This document shows, piece after piece, positions 1 to 12,543 of a stretch of DNA of 64,000 nucleotides. The notes beneath the pieces were generated by a model that saw only the letters and a list, made by a program, of their open reading frames with translations, did no database searches and had not been told where the DNA came from. Where the stretch lies: the NCBI GenBank assembly GCA_022705325.1, contig JAKJER010000003.1, positions 181,419-245,418 on the forward strand, given 5' to 3'. The DNA comes from Planctomycetota bacterium. GTDB taxonomy: Bacteria > Planctomycetota > Phycisphaerae > SM23-33. Position 1 is the first letter of the stretch; each line of letters begins with the position of its first letter. Both the position numbers and the translations under genes were made by a program.

Positions 1-48
1 GGTATACTGCGTGTTTTCGCACATGCTCCGGATACGGGAAGGGCATCG

Positions 49-3198
<3,150 letters not shown>

Positions 3199-3306
3199 CG
3201 GCGCCCCGATCCTTGGCCGGTCCGGTCTGGCGTTCTCCCCTGCGGCGTCAGGCACTCCCCATGGATTCGCCCTGGAGCCCCGGGGGCCTCCCGACAAGAC
3301 GCGGCA

Positions 3307-3401
3307 GGGCGCACGCAGGGCGCAGGAGTTCGCGGGCAGGACGCGAAAGGGCGCACGTAGGGCGCGGGAGTTCGCGGGCAGGACGCGGAAAGGCGCACAT
3401 G
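3307..3401. repeat. Intergenic tandem direct repeat, about 43 nt x 2.2 copies (ggcgcacg[c/t]agggcgc[a/g]ggagttcgcgggcaggacgcg[g]aaagg)
   Basis: Read directly in the sequence downstream of the uvrA stop. Two near-identical units are followed by a partial third (ggcgcacatg). No protein-like frame covers it. Confidence 0.6.
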
Positions 3402-3784
3402 TAACTCCTTGCACACAGGGTGGTTTACCTCGTAGTCAGACGCCCGGCCAGCCCTTGACCGCCCGGAAAGAGCGAACTAAAGCGCCCTTCAGGGAACTCC
3501 CTGATTCCCCGACCGACCAGAGGCCGCGGCCCTGAGCCGGACCGAGAAGCGGACCGGCGAGGCCCGAGGCCTCACGGGTCGGCTGAGGGTCGAAAGCGGC
3601 CAAGGCGTCTGGCCGGTCCCAGGAGGCGTCGGCCGGCGCGGAGCGGGCGGTGGGAGTCGGTTCCTTCGGCCGATCGCGGCCTGAGCGATCCTGGCCGGTC
3701 CTGGGCGGGTCGGATAAAATGAGGGACGGGGCAAGAAAGACGGTTGAGGTCAGAGGCGGATGGCCCTACAATAACGTCATCCAC

Positions 3785-4633
3785 ATGCGAACGTCATGGG
3801 ACCAGGGAGAACGGCGACCCGGCCCGTTCGGACGTCGCCTATCCAAACCCGCCGCCCGCGGGCTCCGCCCGCCTTGCCGCAGGTCCCGCGCGGCATCGCC
3901 TGCCGCCTTCACCCTGGTCGAACTGCTCGTGGTGATCGCGATCCTGGCCCTGCTGCTGTCGATCCTGGCGCCGACCCTGGCGCGGTCGCGGGAACTTGTT
4001 CGCCGGGCCGTCTGCTGCTCGGGCATCCGCTCGACTGTGGCGGGCCACCAGACCTACGCCAGCATGTTTCGCGATCAATACGTCTACGGCACGCCGGCGG
4101 CGCCGGTGCAGGCCCGTTACGGGGCCTGGAGCGTCTGGACCTCAGGTTTCGCCAACAGCGGCGACAGCGATCAGGAGGGCTGGTTCGGCTGCGGGCTTCT
4201 CTTTCATCTGGGCTACCTGGGTGAGCCCGGCCTGCTCTATTGTCCGAGTTGGACCCACCCCTACTACCGCATGGGCGATCCGCTGTACGGGTTCGAGGAC
4301 GTCCCGGACCCGGCCACCAAGAAGTGGATCAGCCGCGGCTACCACTACCGGGCGACCCTGACCCTGGACACGGGCGGGAAGGCCCGCTCGGCCCGAGGCG
4401 TTCGCGACCCGAACGGAACGGCCATCCTGGCGGACGGTTTCGCCCAGGCGCCGCTGGTGGGCGCCGGGGCGGGCATGGACATGCATCACAAGGAAGGCTA
4501 CAACGCCGCGTACATGGACGGGCACGCACAATTCCTGATCGACGTCGACCGCGTCGTCGCCGACGCCATGACCAGCAACATGGCCTTCAGCGAACTGGAG
4601 GGCCACTGGCGGAACTTCTTCGACCGCCAGTAG
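3785..4633 (+). CDS. DUF1559 family protein with a prepilin-type N-terminal cleavage/methylation domain (planctomycete H-X9-DG protein). The start is uncertain; an in-frame ATG exists at 3650, and the leader before the FTLVELLVV motif is unusually long.
   Basis: Type IV pilin-like motif AAFTLVELLVVIAILALLLSILAP is followed by a hydrophobic helix. C-terminal YMDGHAQFLID matches the DUF1559 H-X9-DG signature. Composition is protein-like. Confidence 0.7.
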   Translation: MRTSWDQGERRPGPFGRRLSKPAARGLRPPCRRSRAASPAAFTLVELLVVIAILALLLSILAPTLARSRELVRRAVCCSGIRSTVAGHQTYASMFRDQYVYGTPAAPVQARYGAWSVWTSGFANSGDSDQEGWFGCGLLFHLGYLGEPGLLYCPSWTHPYYRMGDPLYGFEDVPDPATKKWISRGYHYRATLTLDTGGKARSARGVRDPNGTAILADGFAQAPLVGAGAGMDMHHKEGYNAAYMDGHAQFLIDVDRVVADAMTSNMAFSELEGHWRNFFDRQ

Positions 4634-4748
4634 CCTTGCAGCCCTGGCCATTCGCCCTCTTGTCCCCGTGAACAGCGCCACTCGCGCTGGGTGTGCGCGC
4701 ACAAGCACACGGGCCCTGTCCGGGCCATCGCATCGGAGTCGCCCGCGG

Positions 4749-6176
4749 CTATTTCGTCTCCTGGGTGATCAGCGTGCCGAACCGTTTGCTGATGGCCAGG
4801 GCCGGGTCCAGCGGGACGGGCACGGGCTGGCAGTCGGCGGGGATGGAGATCGTCGGGCAGGGGCGGATCGTCTTGCCCTTGAAGTTGGGCAGCCACTGGC
4901 GCTGAGCATCGAGCATCTCGCTCGCCATGTCGCGGACCTGCTTGAGCGTGCAGACGGCGCCGGTCAGCGGGTCCATGGCCATGGCGTGGACGATGGCTTC
5001 CGGGTCGCTCTCCAGGGCGGCCTTGCCGGCCAGGGTCTGGACCTGGACGTTGCTCATGCAGGCGGCGGCACACTGGGCGGGCAGGTTCCCCACCCGCGTG
5101 GGATGCAGCCCGGCGTCGTCGGCGAAGACGGGCACTTCGACGCAGCAGCCGGCGGGCAGGTTGTCGATCAAGCCCTGGTTGCGGACGTTGCCCATGAAGC
5201 GGAAGGGCTTGCCCGTGGCCACCGCCTCCATGATGTACGAACAGTACTCGACGCTGCGCCCGGTGATTCTGGCCGACTCGTACTCCAACTCGTCGTGGGC
5301 GGCATACTTGTCCGCGATGGTCTTGCACCAGTTGTAGTAGGCCCCGCTGGCCCCTCCGAAAGCGGGCTCGTCGCAGTACAGGTCCAGGGCGAGCTTGTTC
5401 TTGCGGAACCAGGGCACGTACTCGCTGAGGTGCCCGGTGGACTCGGTCATGAAGTAGCCGAAGTGGCGGAAGACCTCGCCGCGGACCTTCTCGGTCTTGT
5501 AGTACTGGGGCTTCTCGAACTTCTCTCGCAGGTCGGGGTAGAGGTCGCGCCCCTTGTGCTCCAGGCGGAGGAACCAGTCCATGTGGTTGATCCCGCCGCA
5601 GGTGTAGGTGATCTCCTCCTTGGGCACGTTGCAGTAGCCGGCGATCAGGTCGAGCGTGGTCTGCACGCCGTGGCAAAGCCCGACGAACTGCACGTCGGTC
5701 GCCTTGCCCAGGGCCAGGCACACGCCGGCCATCGGGTTGGCGTACTGGAGCATGATGCAGTGGGGCTTGGCCAGTTCCTGCATGTCGCGGGCGATGTCCA
5801 CCACGACCGGGACAGCCCGCAGGGCGCGGAACACCCCGCCCGGGCCCAGCGAGTCTCCCACGCACTGGTCCACGCCGTACTTCATCGGGATCTCGTAGTC
5901 CAGCTTGAAGGCGTCCACGCCCCCCACCTGCACCATCACCACCACGAAGTCCGCGTCGCGGATGGCCTCGCGCCGGTCCAGCGTGGCCCACACCTTGGCC
6001 GGGCAGCCGTTCTCCCGGATCATCTTCTTCGCGAACGCCTCCATCCGCCTCAGCCGCGGCTCGGTCCGGCTCATCAGCGCGAACTCGCTGTCGGCCAGCG
6101 CGGGCGTGGCCAGGATGTCGCTCATCAGGGTCTTGCAGAACACGATACTGCCCGCACCGATCATCGCGATCTTCAT
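4749..6176 (-). CDS. Glycoside hydrolase family 4 (NAD+/Mn2+-dependent alpha-glucosidase/alpha-galactosidase, MelA/AglA-like)
   Basis: N-terminal Rossmann motif MKIAMIGAGSIVF, conserved GLCHGV and MAMDPLTGAV regions, about 475 aa. The overlapping ORFs 4498-5991(-) and 4668-6194(+) are alternate-frame artefacts. Confidence 0.85.
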   Translation of the reverse strand: MKIAMIGAGSIVFCKTLMSDILATPALADSEFALMSRTEPRLRRMEAFAKKMIRENGCPAKVWATLDRREAIRDADFVVVMVQVGGVDAFKLDYEIPMKYGVDQCVGDSLGPGGVFRALRAVPVVVDIARDMQELAKPHCIMLQYANPMAGVCLALGKATDVQFVGLCHGVQTTLDLIAGYCNVPKEEITYTCGGINHMDWFLRLEHKGRDLYPDLREKFEKPQYYKTEKVRGEVFRHFGYFMTESTGHLSEYVPWFRKNKLALDLYCDEPAFGGASGAYYNWCKTIADKYAAHDELEYESARITGRSVEYCSYIMEAVATGKPFRFMGNVRNQGLIDNLPAGCCVEVPVFADDAGLHPTRVGNLPAQCAAACMSNVQVQTLAGKAALESDPEAIVHAMAMDPLTGAVCTLKQVRDMASEMLDAQRQWLPNFKGKTIRPCPTISIPADCQPVPVPLDPALAISKRFGTLITQETK

Positions 6177-6266
6177 GGTCCAGACTCCATGTAAAAGGGA
6201 CTCTTGCAGATCAACTGTTGCCCGGCAGGGACATTATGCAGTCAAGTCCGCGACGGTGCAACCGCC

Positions 6267-9200
6267 TCACCTGCCGCGGCACACGATGCTGCCGTCCTCC
6301 AGGACGAGCACGAGCCTCCCGCCGGCCAGCGCCGCCCCGTGCAGGACCGGCGGCGAGTGCAGCTTGAGTTCCGCCAGCCGCTCGCCGCTCGTCGAGTCGT
6401 ACACGTGCAGCAGGCCGCCCTTGCGCCCCTCGAAGCTGCCCAGCGGGTCGGCCGGGTCGATCTCGTCCGGCGGCCCGGCGAGTACCAACCGCTCGCCCGC
6501 CAATACCATTGTCCTCGCCCGCACGGCAATCCGCTTGGACCAGGCTGGCGCGGCCGCCTTGGAATCCTTGTCCCTCGCCAGCAGCAGGTAGCCCTTCTTG
6601 CCCGGGGCGAAGTACACCTCCGGATTGAGCCCCTGCAGCGAATCGAACATTCGCACGTAGCACGCCCGCCGCTGGTCGTGCACGATCAGACGGGCGTAGT
6701 CCTTCCCCAGCACCCACGGCACGCGCTTGAAGTACGTGCCATCCAGGATGCCGCTGACGATCTTCATCGTCGGCTGGCTCCGGACGGGCGAGAGCTTGTC
6801 GTCGAAGGCCGCCGTCCGCATGTAGACCGAGTTCGCCCCGTCCCCCACCAGCACGTCGTTAAGGTAGCCCATGGGCAGGTTGAAGTTCTGTTTGAAGGTG
6901 CCATCCACGTACTCCGGGCCCGACAGGGTTTTTTCGTGCAGCACCTTGCCCGTTGCCGGATCCAGGGCCAGCAGCACAATCCCGCCGTCCAGGTGCGACG
7001 ACCGCCCCGCCGCCGCGTACGCCACGTCGCCCTGCACCAGGATGCTGCCGTGGATCGGCCAGGGCGACTCCAGTTGACCCATTGCGGAAATGAGCCGATC
7101 GCCCGTTCCCGCCCGCAGCCGCCACGCCAGCGCACCGTCAGCCGCCCGCAGGCAGTAGACGTACCCGTCGACCGAGCCGAACAGCACCAGCCCCTTGTGG
7201 ATCGTCGGCGGGGAGTCGACGCGACCGTCGGCCGCGAACTCCCAGACTTGCCGCCCGTCGGCAGCGTCCAGGCAGATGACGTGATGCTCGTCCACCAGGG
7301 CCGCGTACACCCGCCCGCCAGCGACAACCGGGGCTGAGACCTTCACGCCCGGCCGCACGGTCCACAGCGGTCTCAACTCGCCGCTCAGCGCCGCGGGCGT
7401 TGAACCGGTCCGCATGGCGTCGTGGCGCAGCGTGGGCCAGTCGTCGAGCCCCTCCGGCTCCGCCTTGATCCTTCCCATCGCCGGCCCCGTCGTCAGGCGG
7501 GGTCCGGCTGCGGGACGCCGGGCGGACTCCCGCGCGGCCGTCAAGGCGTTGAAGCCGTTGAGCTTCTCGTCGATGTAGCACTGGCAGGGATGCGGCGGAG
7601 CGTACTGGAGCCCGTTGGCGGGCATCATGCCCACGTGGCAGGTCCCGCGGACCCAGTTGTCGACGACGTGCTTGCCGCCCTCGAGGCTGACGAACTCCGT
7701 GCCCCGCCGGCTGGCCAGGATGTACCGCACCGTCGCCTTGTCGCGGTAGCAGCGGTGGTGATGGTGCGTGGTGAAGATCTCGCCCACCTCGACCTGCTTC
7801 TTCCGCGCGCCGGTGTGCAGGTCGTAGCCGTTGGCCCATCGCGGGGCCAACGTGCCCCCCTGCTTCTTCGTGCCGCCCGTCAGCGGCTTGCGATCCAGTT
7901 CCGCCGACCACGTCCAGACCAGGCCGTCGATCACGAATACGTCTTTCCACTCGTACCACAGGTGCTGGATGAACTTCTTGGGCTGCTCCCACAGCAGCTT
8001 GCCCGTGTCGGCTGACAGGCCCGCCAGCTTGCTCGGGCTGGCGTGGACGACCACGCCGTCGGTCACGATCATCGCACCCACCCACAGGTGGTTGCGGAAG
8101 TTCTGCATGCCGCCGGCTGTGCGGTCGGCGGCGTCCAGCGGGAAGTCGGCCTTCCACTTCTCTTTGCCTGTGGCCAGGTCCAGGGCCGCGATCTGCGAAG
8201 CATCGATGAGGACCACGATCCGGCCGTCGGCGGCGAGGTTGGCCGCCGGGTCGAGCCTCTCCGGGGTCGACCCGCCGTGCATCTCCTTCCACCGGATGTA
8301 GTCGGTGGTCGTGCCCGCGTAGGTCTTGTCGGAAGTCCACAGCACCTTGCCGCTCGCGCCGTCGACCGCCTTCACCCTCAGCCGCTCGCCCTCCACCACG
8401 GAGATGATCAGCCGCCCGTCGAGGTACAGGATCTCGTTGGCGCCTTCCGTGCCCGCGTAGGTCTGGAGCACGGTCCCCGTCCGGGCGTCAAGCTGCGAGA
8501 CCGGCGCCCGGTAGCCCAGCGTGACGTAGACGAACTCCCCCGCCGCGACCAGTCGCTTCTGGATGTTCAGCGGGATGTCGCCCGGGCGGGTGTTGAACCA
8601 AGTGTGCTTCCACTCCCGCCAGCCCCAGCGGCGGATGGGGACCTGCCACAACACCACGCCGTTGAACGCGTCCTGGCAGACGAGCGACCACTTGTCGGGC
8701 AGGTCGTTTTGACCGGCCAGGCTGATCGGGGCTGCGTCCTGGATGGACAGGATACGCCCGTTGGCCGTGACCAGTGTGGAAGGGGTGGAGTCGGTTTCGT
8801 GCGAGCGGCTCCACACCGGATCGCTGATCCACTGGTAGTGCCTGGGCGGGCCGACGCGGAGGTCGCGGGCCACCGGGTTGCCGTCCGGCCCGTGGAGGTA
8901 GTGGCCCCACTGATCGATGTCGGCGGGCCAGGCCTTGGACAACTTCAGCCACGCCTGCCCCGTCTTTGCATCGACTGTCTGGGTTCCGGCGCCGGCTGCC
9001 TTGGCCTGGGCCGAAACCTCGCGGGCATCCACGGCCCCGCCCAGCCACGCCGTTCCCAGCGGGGCCAGCGCCCGCAGTACTTCTTTGACGGTCAAGCCCG
9101 CCTTGGCAGCCGCCGGCCAGTCCGGAACGACGATTACGTTGACCAGGTCGTCCACGTGCGGCAGGTACGGCGGCGACCAGGCGGTGACGGAGACTTGTCC

Positions 9201-9521
9201 GTAGAGTCCGGCTTCTCGCATGGCCTTGCGCAGGGAGTCGCAGGCGGATGCGTCCCCTTCCAGGCAATGCACGACCTGCGCGCCGTTGCGGGCCAGGGCG
9301 AGGGGCAGGACAGGCGACCGCGGAGCGACGAAGACGCAGACTCCGCCGGTCGGGGTCGAGCCGAGGACCTCGCGGGCAAACGGACCGAAATCGTCAGAAT
9401 CGCGCACGAACTCGAGCGAGGGCTGTGCGTCCGCGGCGGCGACCGACGAGGCCGAGCCCAGCAGAAGCGCCAAGACGCACATACCGGCAACTCCACAACA
9501 TCGTGTTCCGTTCATGTTCAT
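6267..9521 (-). CDS. Secreted PQQ-like beta-propeller repeat protein (BamB/PQQ-repeat family), 1084 aa
   Basis: N-terminal signal peptide MNMNGTRCCGVAGMCVLALLLGSASSVAAADA. It has repeated PQQ-type blades (for example VYAALVDEHHVICLDAADGRQVWEFAADGRV...GYVYCLRAADGALAWR). Codon usage matches neighbouring genes. Confidence 0.6.
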   Translation of the reverse strand: MNMNGTRCCGVAGMCVLALLLGSASSVAAADAQPSLEFVRDSDDFGPFAREVLGSTPTGGVCVFVAPRSPVLPLALARNGAQVVHCLEGDASACDSLRKAMREAGLYGQVSVTAWSPPYLPHVDDLVNVIVVPDWPAAAKAGLTVKEVLRALAPLGTAWLGGAVDAREVSAQAKAAGAGTQTVDAKTGQAWLKLSKAWPADIDQWGHYLHGPDGNPVARDLRVGPPRHYQWISDPVWSRSHETDSTPSTLVTANGRILSIQDAAPISLAGQNDLPDKWSLVCQDAFNGVVLWQVPIRRWGWREWKHTWFNTRPGDIPLNIQKRLVAAGEFVYVTLGYRAPVSQLDARTGTVLQTYAGTEGANEILYLDGRLIISVVEGERLRVKAVDGASGKVLWTSDKTYAGTTTDYIRWKEMHGGSTPERLDPAANLAADGRIVVLIDASQIAALDLATGKEKWKADFPLDAADRTAGGMQNFRNHLWVGAMIVTDGVVVHASPSKLAGLSADTGKLLWEQPKKFIQHLWYEWKDVFVIDGLVWTWSAELDRKPLTGGTKKQGGTLAPRWANGYDLHTGARKKQVEVGEIFTTHHHHRCYRDKATVRYILASRRGTEFVSLEGGKHVVDNWVRGTCHVGMMPANGLQYAPPHPCQCYIDEKLNGFNALTAARESARRPAAGPRLTTGPAMGRIKAEPEGLDDWPTLRHDAMRTGSTPAALSGELRPLWTVRPGVKVSAPVVAGGRVYAALVDEHHVICLDAADGRQVWEFAADGRVDSPPTIHKGLVLFGSVDGYVYCLRAADGALAWRLRAGTGDRLISAMGQLESPWPIHGSILVQGDVAYAAAGRSSHLDGGIVLLALDPATGKVLHEKTLSGPEYVDGTFKQNFNLPMGYLNDVLVGDGANSVYMRTAAFDDKLSPVRSQPTMKIVSGILDGTYFKRVPWVLGKDYARLIVHDQRRACYVRMFDSLQGLNPEVYFAPGKKGYLLLARDKDSKAAAPAWSKRIAVRARTMVLAGERLVLAGPPDEIDPADPLGSFEGRKGGLLHVYDSTSGERLAELKLHSPPVLHGAALAGGRLVLVLEDGSIVCRGR

Positions 9522-9586
9522 ACTCCTGCTTTCGCCGCCCTGGGCGACTACGCCCTATGCCCTTACGGGCACACTACAAGCGCGCG

Positions 9587-11047
9587 CTATGAACGTTTGA
9601 ATTCCGCAGCGATCTCTTCCGCCGTCAGAGCCTTGTCGAACATCTTGACCTCGTCGATCAGGCCCCGGAAAGGCTCGACGACATCGACGCAACTGTTGGA
9701 CAGGTCGGCCCCGATCTCCATGGGCTGGCCGCAATTGCCCGGCACGGGGCCGGACGTCTTGGTTCGGGCGACCCGCACACCGTCCACGTACAGCTCGATG
9801 GCGTCCGCACCGACCACACCGGCGAGGTGGACCCACCGACCGGTCGCAACCGCGGCCGGGGCGACGGCCAGGAAGGGTTGCTCCTCCTGGGTGCGGCGGA
9901 TGCCGAAGCCAGCCTTGCCGCCCTTTAGGTGGAGCGAGAAGCCCTGGAAGGCGCCCCCGCGGGCGACTACCACCCCGCCGACTGCCTCGCTCTTGATCCA
10001 CGCACAGATCGTGAAGGGCCGGTCCGCGATGGCCAGCGCCTGCGGTTTGCCCAACTCGACGTACGCGTCCGGGCCGCACCGCACCGCCTTGCCGACCTTG
10101 CCAGGCTCGGCCTTGCACCCCTTGAACTGTCCGTCGCTCCCCCCGCCGGTCACGTCGCGGGCTTTGCCGTCGTCGAAGCTCCAGTGGGCCCAGAGTCCGC
10201 CTTTGGCGGCGGCCGGCGAGGGCGGGCCCAGGACGGCCAGCACAGCGGGTTCCTTCTCGATGGCCTGGCGTTTGGCAAGGGCGGCCTCGGCGTCTTTCTC
10301 GCTCATCCGCGACAGGGCGCAGGCGGCGGCAATGCGTACGCTCGTTTCGGCGTCCTTCAGGGCCCCTGCCAGAGGCGGCACCGCCGCCTCTCCGCCCAGC
10401 GCCCCCAAGGCTTCTGCCGCACGGGCGCGCAAGGCTGCGTCGTTGCTCTTGAGCAGCGCCGCCAGGGCGGCGGCAGGCTGGTCCGCCCGACCGCGGAGCA
10501 GCCAACCCACGTGGGCGGGTTGGACCTGCTCAGCCTTCAGCAGGGCCGCCAACTCGTTCGATGACTGGTTCCACCCGATCTCGCGGAGGGCCCAGGCCGC
10601 CTGGTCACGGACAGCCCACTCAGGATCGCCGAGTGCCTTGAGCAGCGCCGGCCCGGTCGTGGGCGACTTGATCTCGCCCAGGGCGAAGGCGGCGGCAGCC
10701 CGCACGTTGGCATCGTCGTCGCCCAGGGCGGCCATGAGGCCCTTGGCGGCTGCGGGGTCTCGCGTCGAGGCTAGAGACCTGGCGGCCGCCCGTCGGACAG
10801 CCGGGGCGGGGTCGGTCAGCGCCCGCACCAGAGCCGGGACCGCCGCACGATCCGCCAGCCGGCCCAGGCGCACGGCGGCTTGCTCGCGCACGGCCTGCTC
10901 CTTCGACTCCATGTCGCGCAGAGCTGCCTGGACCGCCGGAGCGGGGGGAACTTGGCCTGCGGCTTCTGCAGCATGCAGCGCACCGAACGCCGTCAGCACC
11001 ATCAGGAGGAGCCATTTCGCACGTGCCGGTCTCGATGGTTGATTCAT
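9587..11047 (-). CDS. Secreted protein with N-terminal HEAT (PBS-lyase-like) repeats and a C-terminal LamG/concanavalin-A-like lectin domain
   Basis: ATG at 11047 (MNQPSRPARAKWLLLMVLTAFGALHAAEA signal). The AVPALVRALTDPAPAVRRAAARSL-type HEAT repeats recur 6 or more times. The C-terminus is a LamG-like beta-sandwich (FTICAWIKSE...WVHLAGVV...LYVDGVRV). Confidence 0.6.
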   Translation of the reverse strand: MNQPSRPARAKWLLLMVLTAFGALHAAEAAGQVPPAPAVQAALRDMESKEQAVREQAAVRLGRLADRAAVPALVRALTDPAPAVRRAAARSLASTRDPAAAKGLMAALGDDDANVRAAAAFALGEIKSPTTGPALLKALGDPEWAVRDQAAWALREIGWNQSSNELAALLKAEQVQPAHVGWLLRGRADQPAAALAALLKSNDAALRARAAEALGALGGEAAVPPLAGALKDAETSVRIAAACALSRMSEKDAEAALAKRQAIEKEPAVLAVLGPPSPAAAKGGLWAHWSFDDGKARDVTGGGSDGQFKGCKAEPGKVGKAVRCGPDAYVELGKPQALAIADRPFTICAWIKSEAVGGVVVARGGAFQGFSLHLKGGKAGFGIRRTQEEQPFLAVAPAAVATGRWVHLAGVVGADAIELYVDGVRVARTKTSGPVPGNCGQPMEIGADLSNSCVDVVEPFRGLIDEVKMFDKALTAEEIAAEFKRS

Positions 11048-11213
11048 GGCTCTACTGTATCCGCAGAAGCAGGGCACGAACAGCCTTCTGCATGGGGAAT
11101 AGGCCTGGAGGTTCTGCTCCGGGCGGACTGGGCCAAAGCAACGGCCCCGCCGACAGGATCGACGGGGCCGTTGAAGCTTTCGCGAACGGACGCGGCGAGA
11201 CGCCGCATCTTCC

Positions 11214-12518
11214 CTACACCCAATCCACCTTCAGCAGATGGACCGAGCAGGAGATGCACGGGTCGTAGGAGCGGACGAGCATCTCCAGGTCGTGACCGAT
11301 CTGGTCCTGGGTGCGAGTGTTGATGACCTCGGGGACGTACTTCTGCATGTCGTGGTCGATGTTGGCCAGGTTCATCCCGGTCGGGATGATGCAGTTGGCC
11401 TTGGTGCAGACGCCCTTCTCGTCGTAGGTGTAGTCGTGGACGAGCAGGCCGCGGGGCACCTCGGTCAGGCCGATGCCGCGCCCGGCCTTGGGCGTGACAT
11501 TCGGGGCCAGCGTCGCTTCCGTGAGGTCCATCTTCATGATCTGGTCCATCAGCTTGACGGCCTCGTCGTAGAAATGGGCGATCTCGACGGTCTGGGCGAG
11601 GTTGTTGTAGTACGGGTTGTAGCACGGCGCCTTGAGGCCGAGCTTCTTGGCGGCGGCCTGCCCGCGATCATTGAGCTGGGCGGCGTTGTTGTTGAACCGC
11701 GACAGGGCGCCGACGGCCAGGCAGGCGTCCACGTTGCGGACGTGTTTGGAGGTCGAGTGCTCGACGCAGAACTCGTGGATGACCTTGGCGTAGTCGTGGA
11801 TGTCGTGCACGCCGGTCTTGGAGCTCTTGAGCTGCCCGTTGTAGAAGGCGTACTCGTCCGGGTGGGTCAGGCTGACGTCCTCTCGCTCGCGCTCGAACTT
11901 GGGGAAGGCCCCGCCGATGGCGGCGACGGTCTCGACGGTGGCGTCGACGTCGTCGTTGAGCATGAGGATGTAGTCCTGGACCTTCTTGAGGTCCTTCTTG
12001 CTGGGCACGTGGGTGAAGCCGCCCGGGACCAGGGCGATCGGGTGGACGTGCCGGCCCGCGACGGCGTCGCAGATGACGTTGCCGACCTTCTTCATCCGGA
12101 GGGCCCGTTTGACCACTTCCGGGTGGCTGGAGGCCAGCGGCAGGACGCTGCCGGCGCCCAGGGCGTCCGGAGCGGCCAGGAAGTACACGTGCAGGACGTG
12201 ACTTTGGATTTCCTCGGCCAGCAGCATGAGCTTGCGGAGGGCGAGCACCTCGGGCGTGAGTTTGAGTCCGAAGGCGTCGTCGGTGGCCTGGATGGAGGCG
12301 GTGGTGTGCCCGACCGAGCAGATGCCGCAGATCCGGCAGGTGAGCATGGCGGTGTCGCGCCAACTCAGGCCGCAGATCATGGACTCGAAGACGCGGGGCG
12401 TCTCGACGATCTGAAGGTGGCACTTCTCGACCTTGCCGTCGCTGGCCCGGACGATGATGTTGCCGTGGCCCTCGACGCGGGTCAGGTGATGGATGTTGAT
12501 GTCAAGTGTCTTTCCCAT
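11214..12518 (-). CDS. hydA: [NiFe]-hydrogenase large (alpha) subunit, group 3b sulfhydrogenase type
   Basis: N-terminal Ni-binding motif RICGICSVGH and C-terminal DPCISCSVH. It is 434 aa, matching group 3 cytoplasmic hydrogenases. It is the last gene of a beta-gamma-delta-alpha operon, as in Pyrococcus hydBGDA. Confidence 0.85.
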   Translation of the reverse strand: MGKTLDINIHHLTRVEGHGNIIVRASDGKVEKCHLQIVETPRVFESMICGLSWRDTAMLTCRICGICSVGHTTASIQATDDAFGLKLTPEVLALRKLMLLAEEIQSHVLHVYFLAAPDALGAGSVLPLASSHPEVVKRALRMKKVGNVICDAVAGRHVHPIALVPGGFTHVPSKKDLKKVQDYILMLNDDVDATVETVAAIGGAFPKFEREREDVSLTHPDEYAFYNGQLKSSKTGVHDIHDYAKVIHEFCVEHSTSKHVRNVDACLAVGALSRFNNNAAQLNDRGQAAAKKLGLKAPCYNPYYNNLAQTVEIAHFYDEAVKLMDQIMKMDLTEATLAPNVTPKAGRGIGLTEVPRGLLVHDYTYDEKGVCTKANCIIPTGMNLANIDHDMQKYVPEVINTRTQDQIGHDLEMLVRSYDPCISCSVHLLKVDWV

Positions 12519-12543
12519 ATGTATCTCCGTTCTCGGCTAGCGG

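Noticed and set aside
4498-6194. ORFs 4498-5991(-) and 4668-6194(+), overlapping the GH4 gene
   Set aside because: These are alternate or antisense frames of the well-supported GH4 glycosidase (4749-6176). Their translations are low-complexity.
8043-11042. 999-aa plus-strand ORF
   Set aside because: It is antisense to the PQQ beta-propeller and HEAT/LamG genes. Composition is Arg/Gly/Ala-rich garbage with no motifs.
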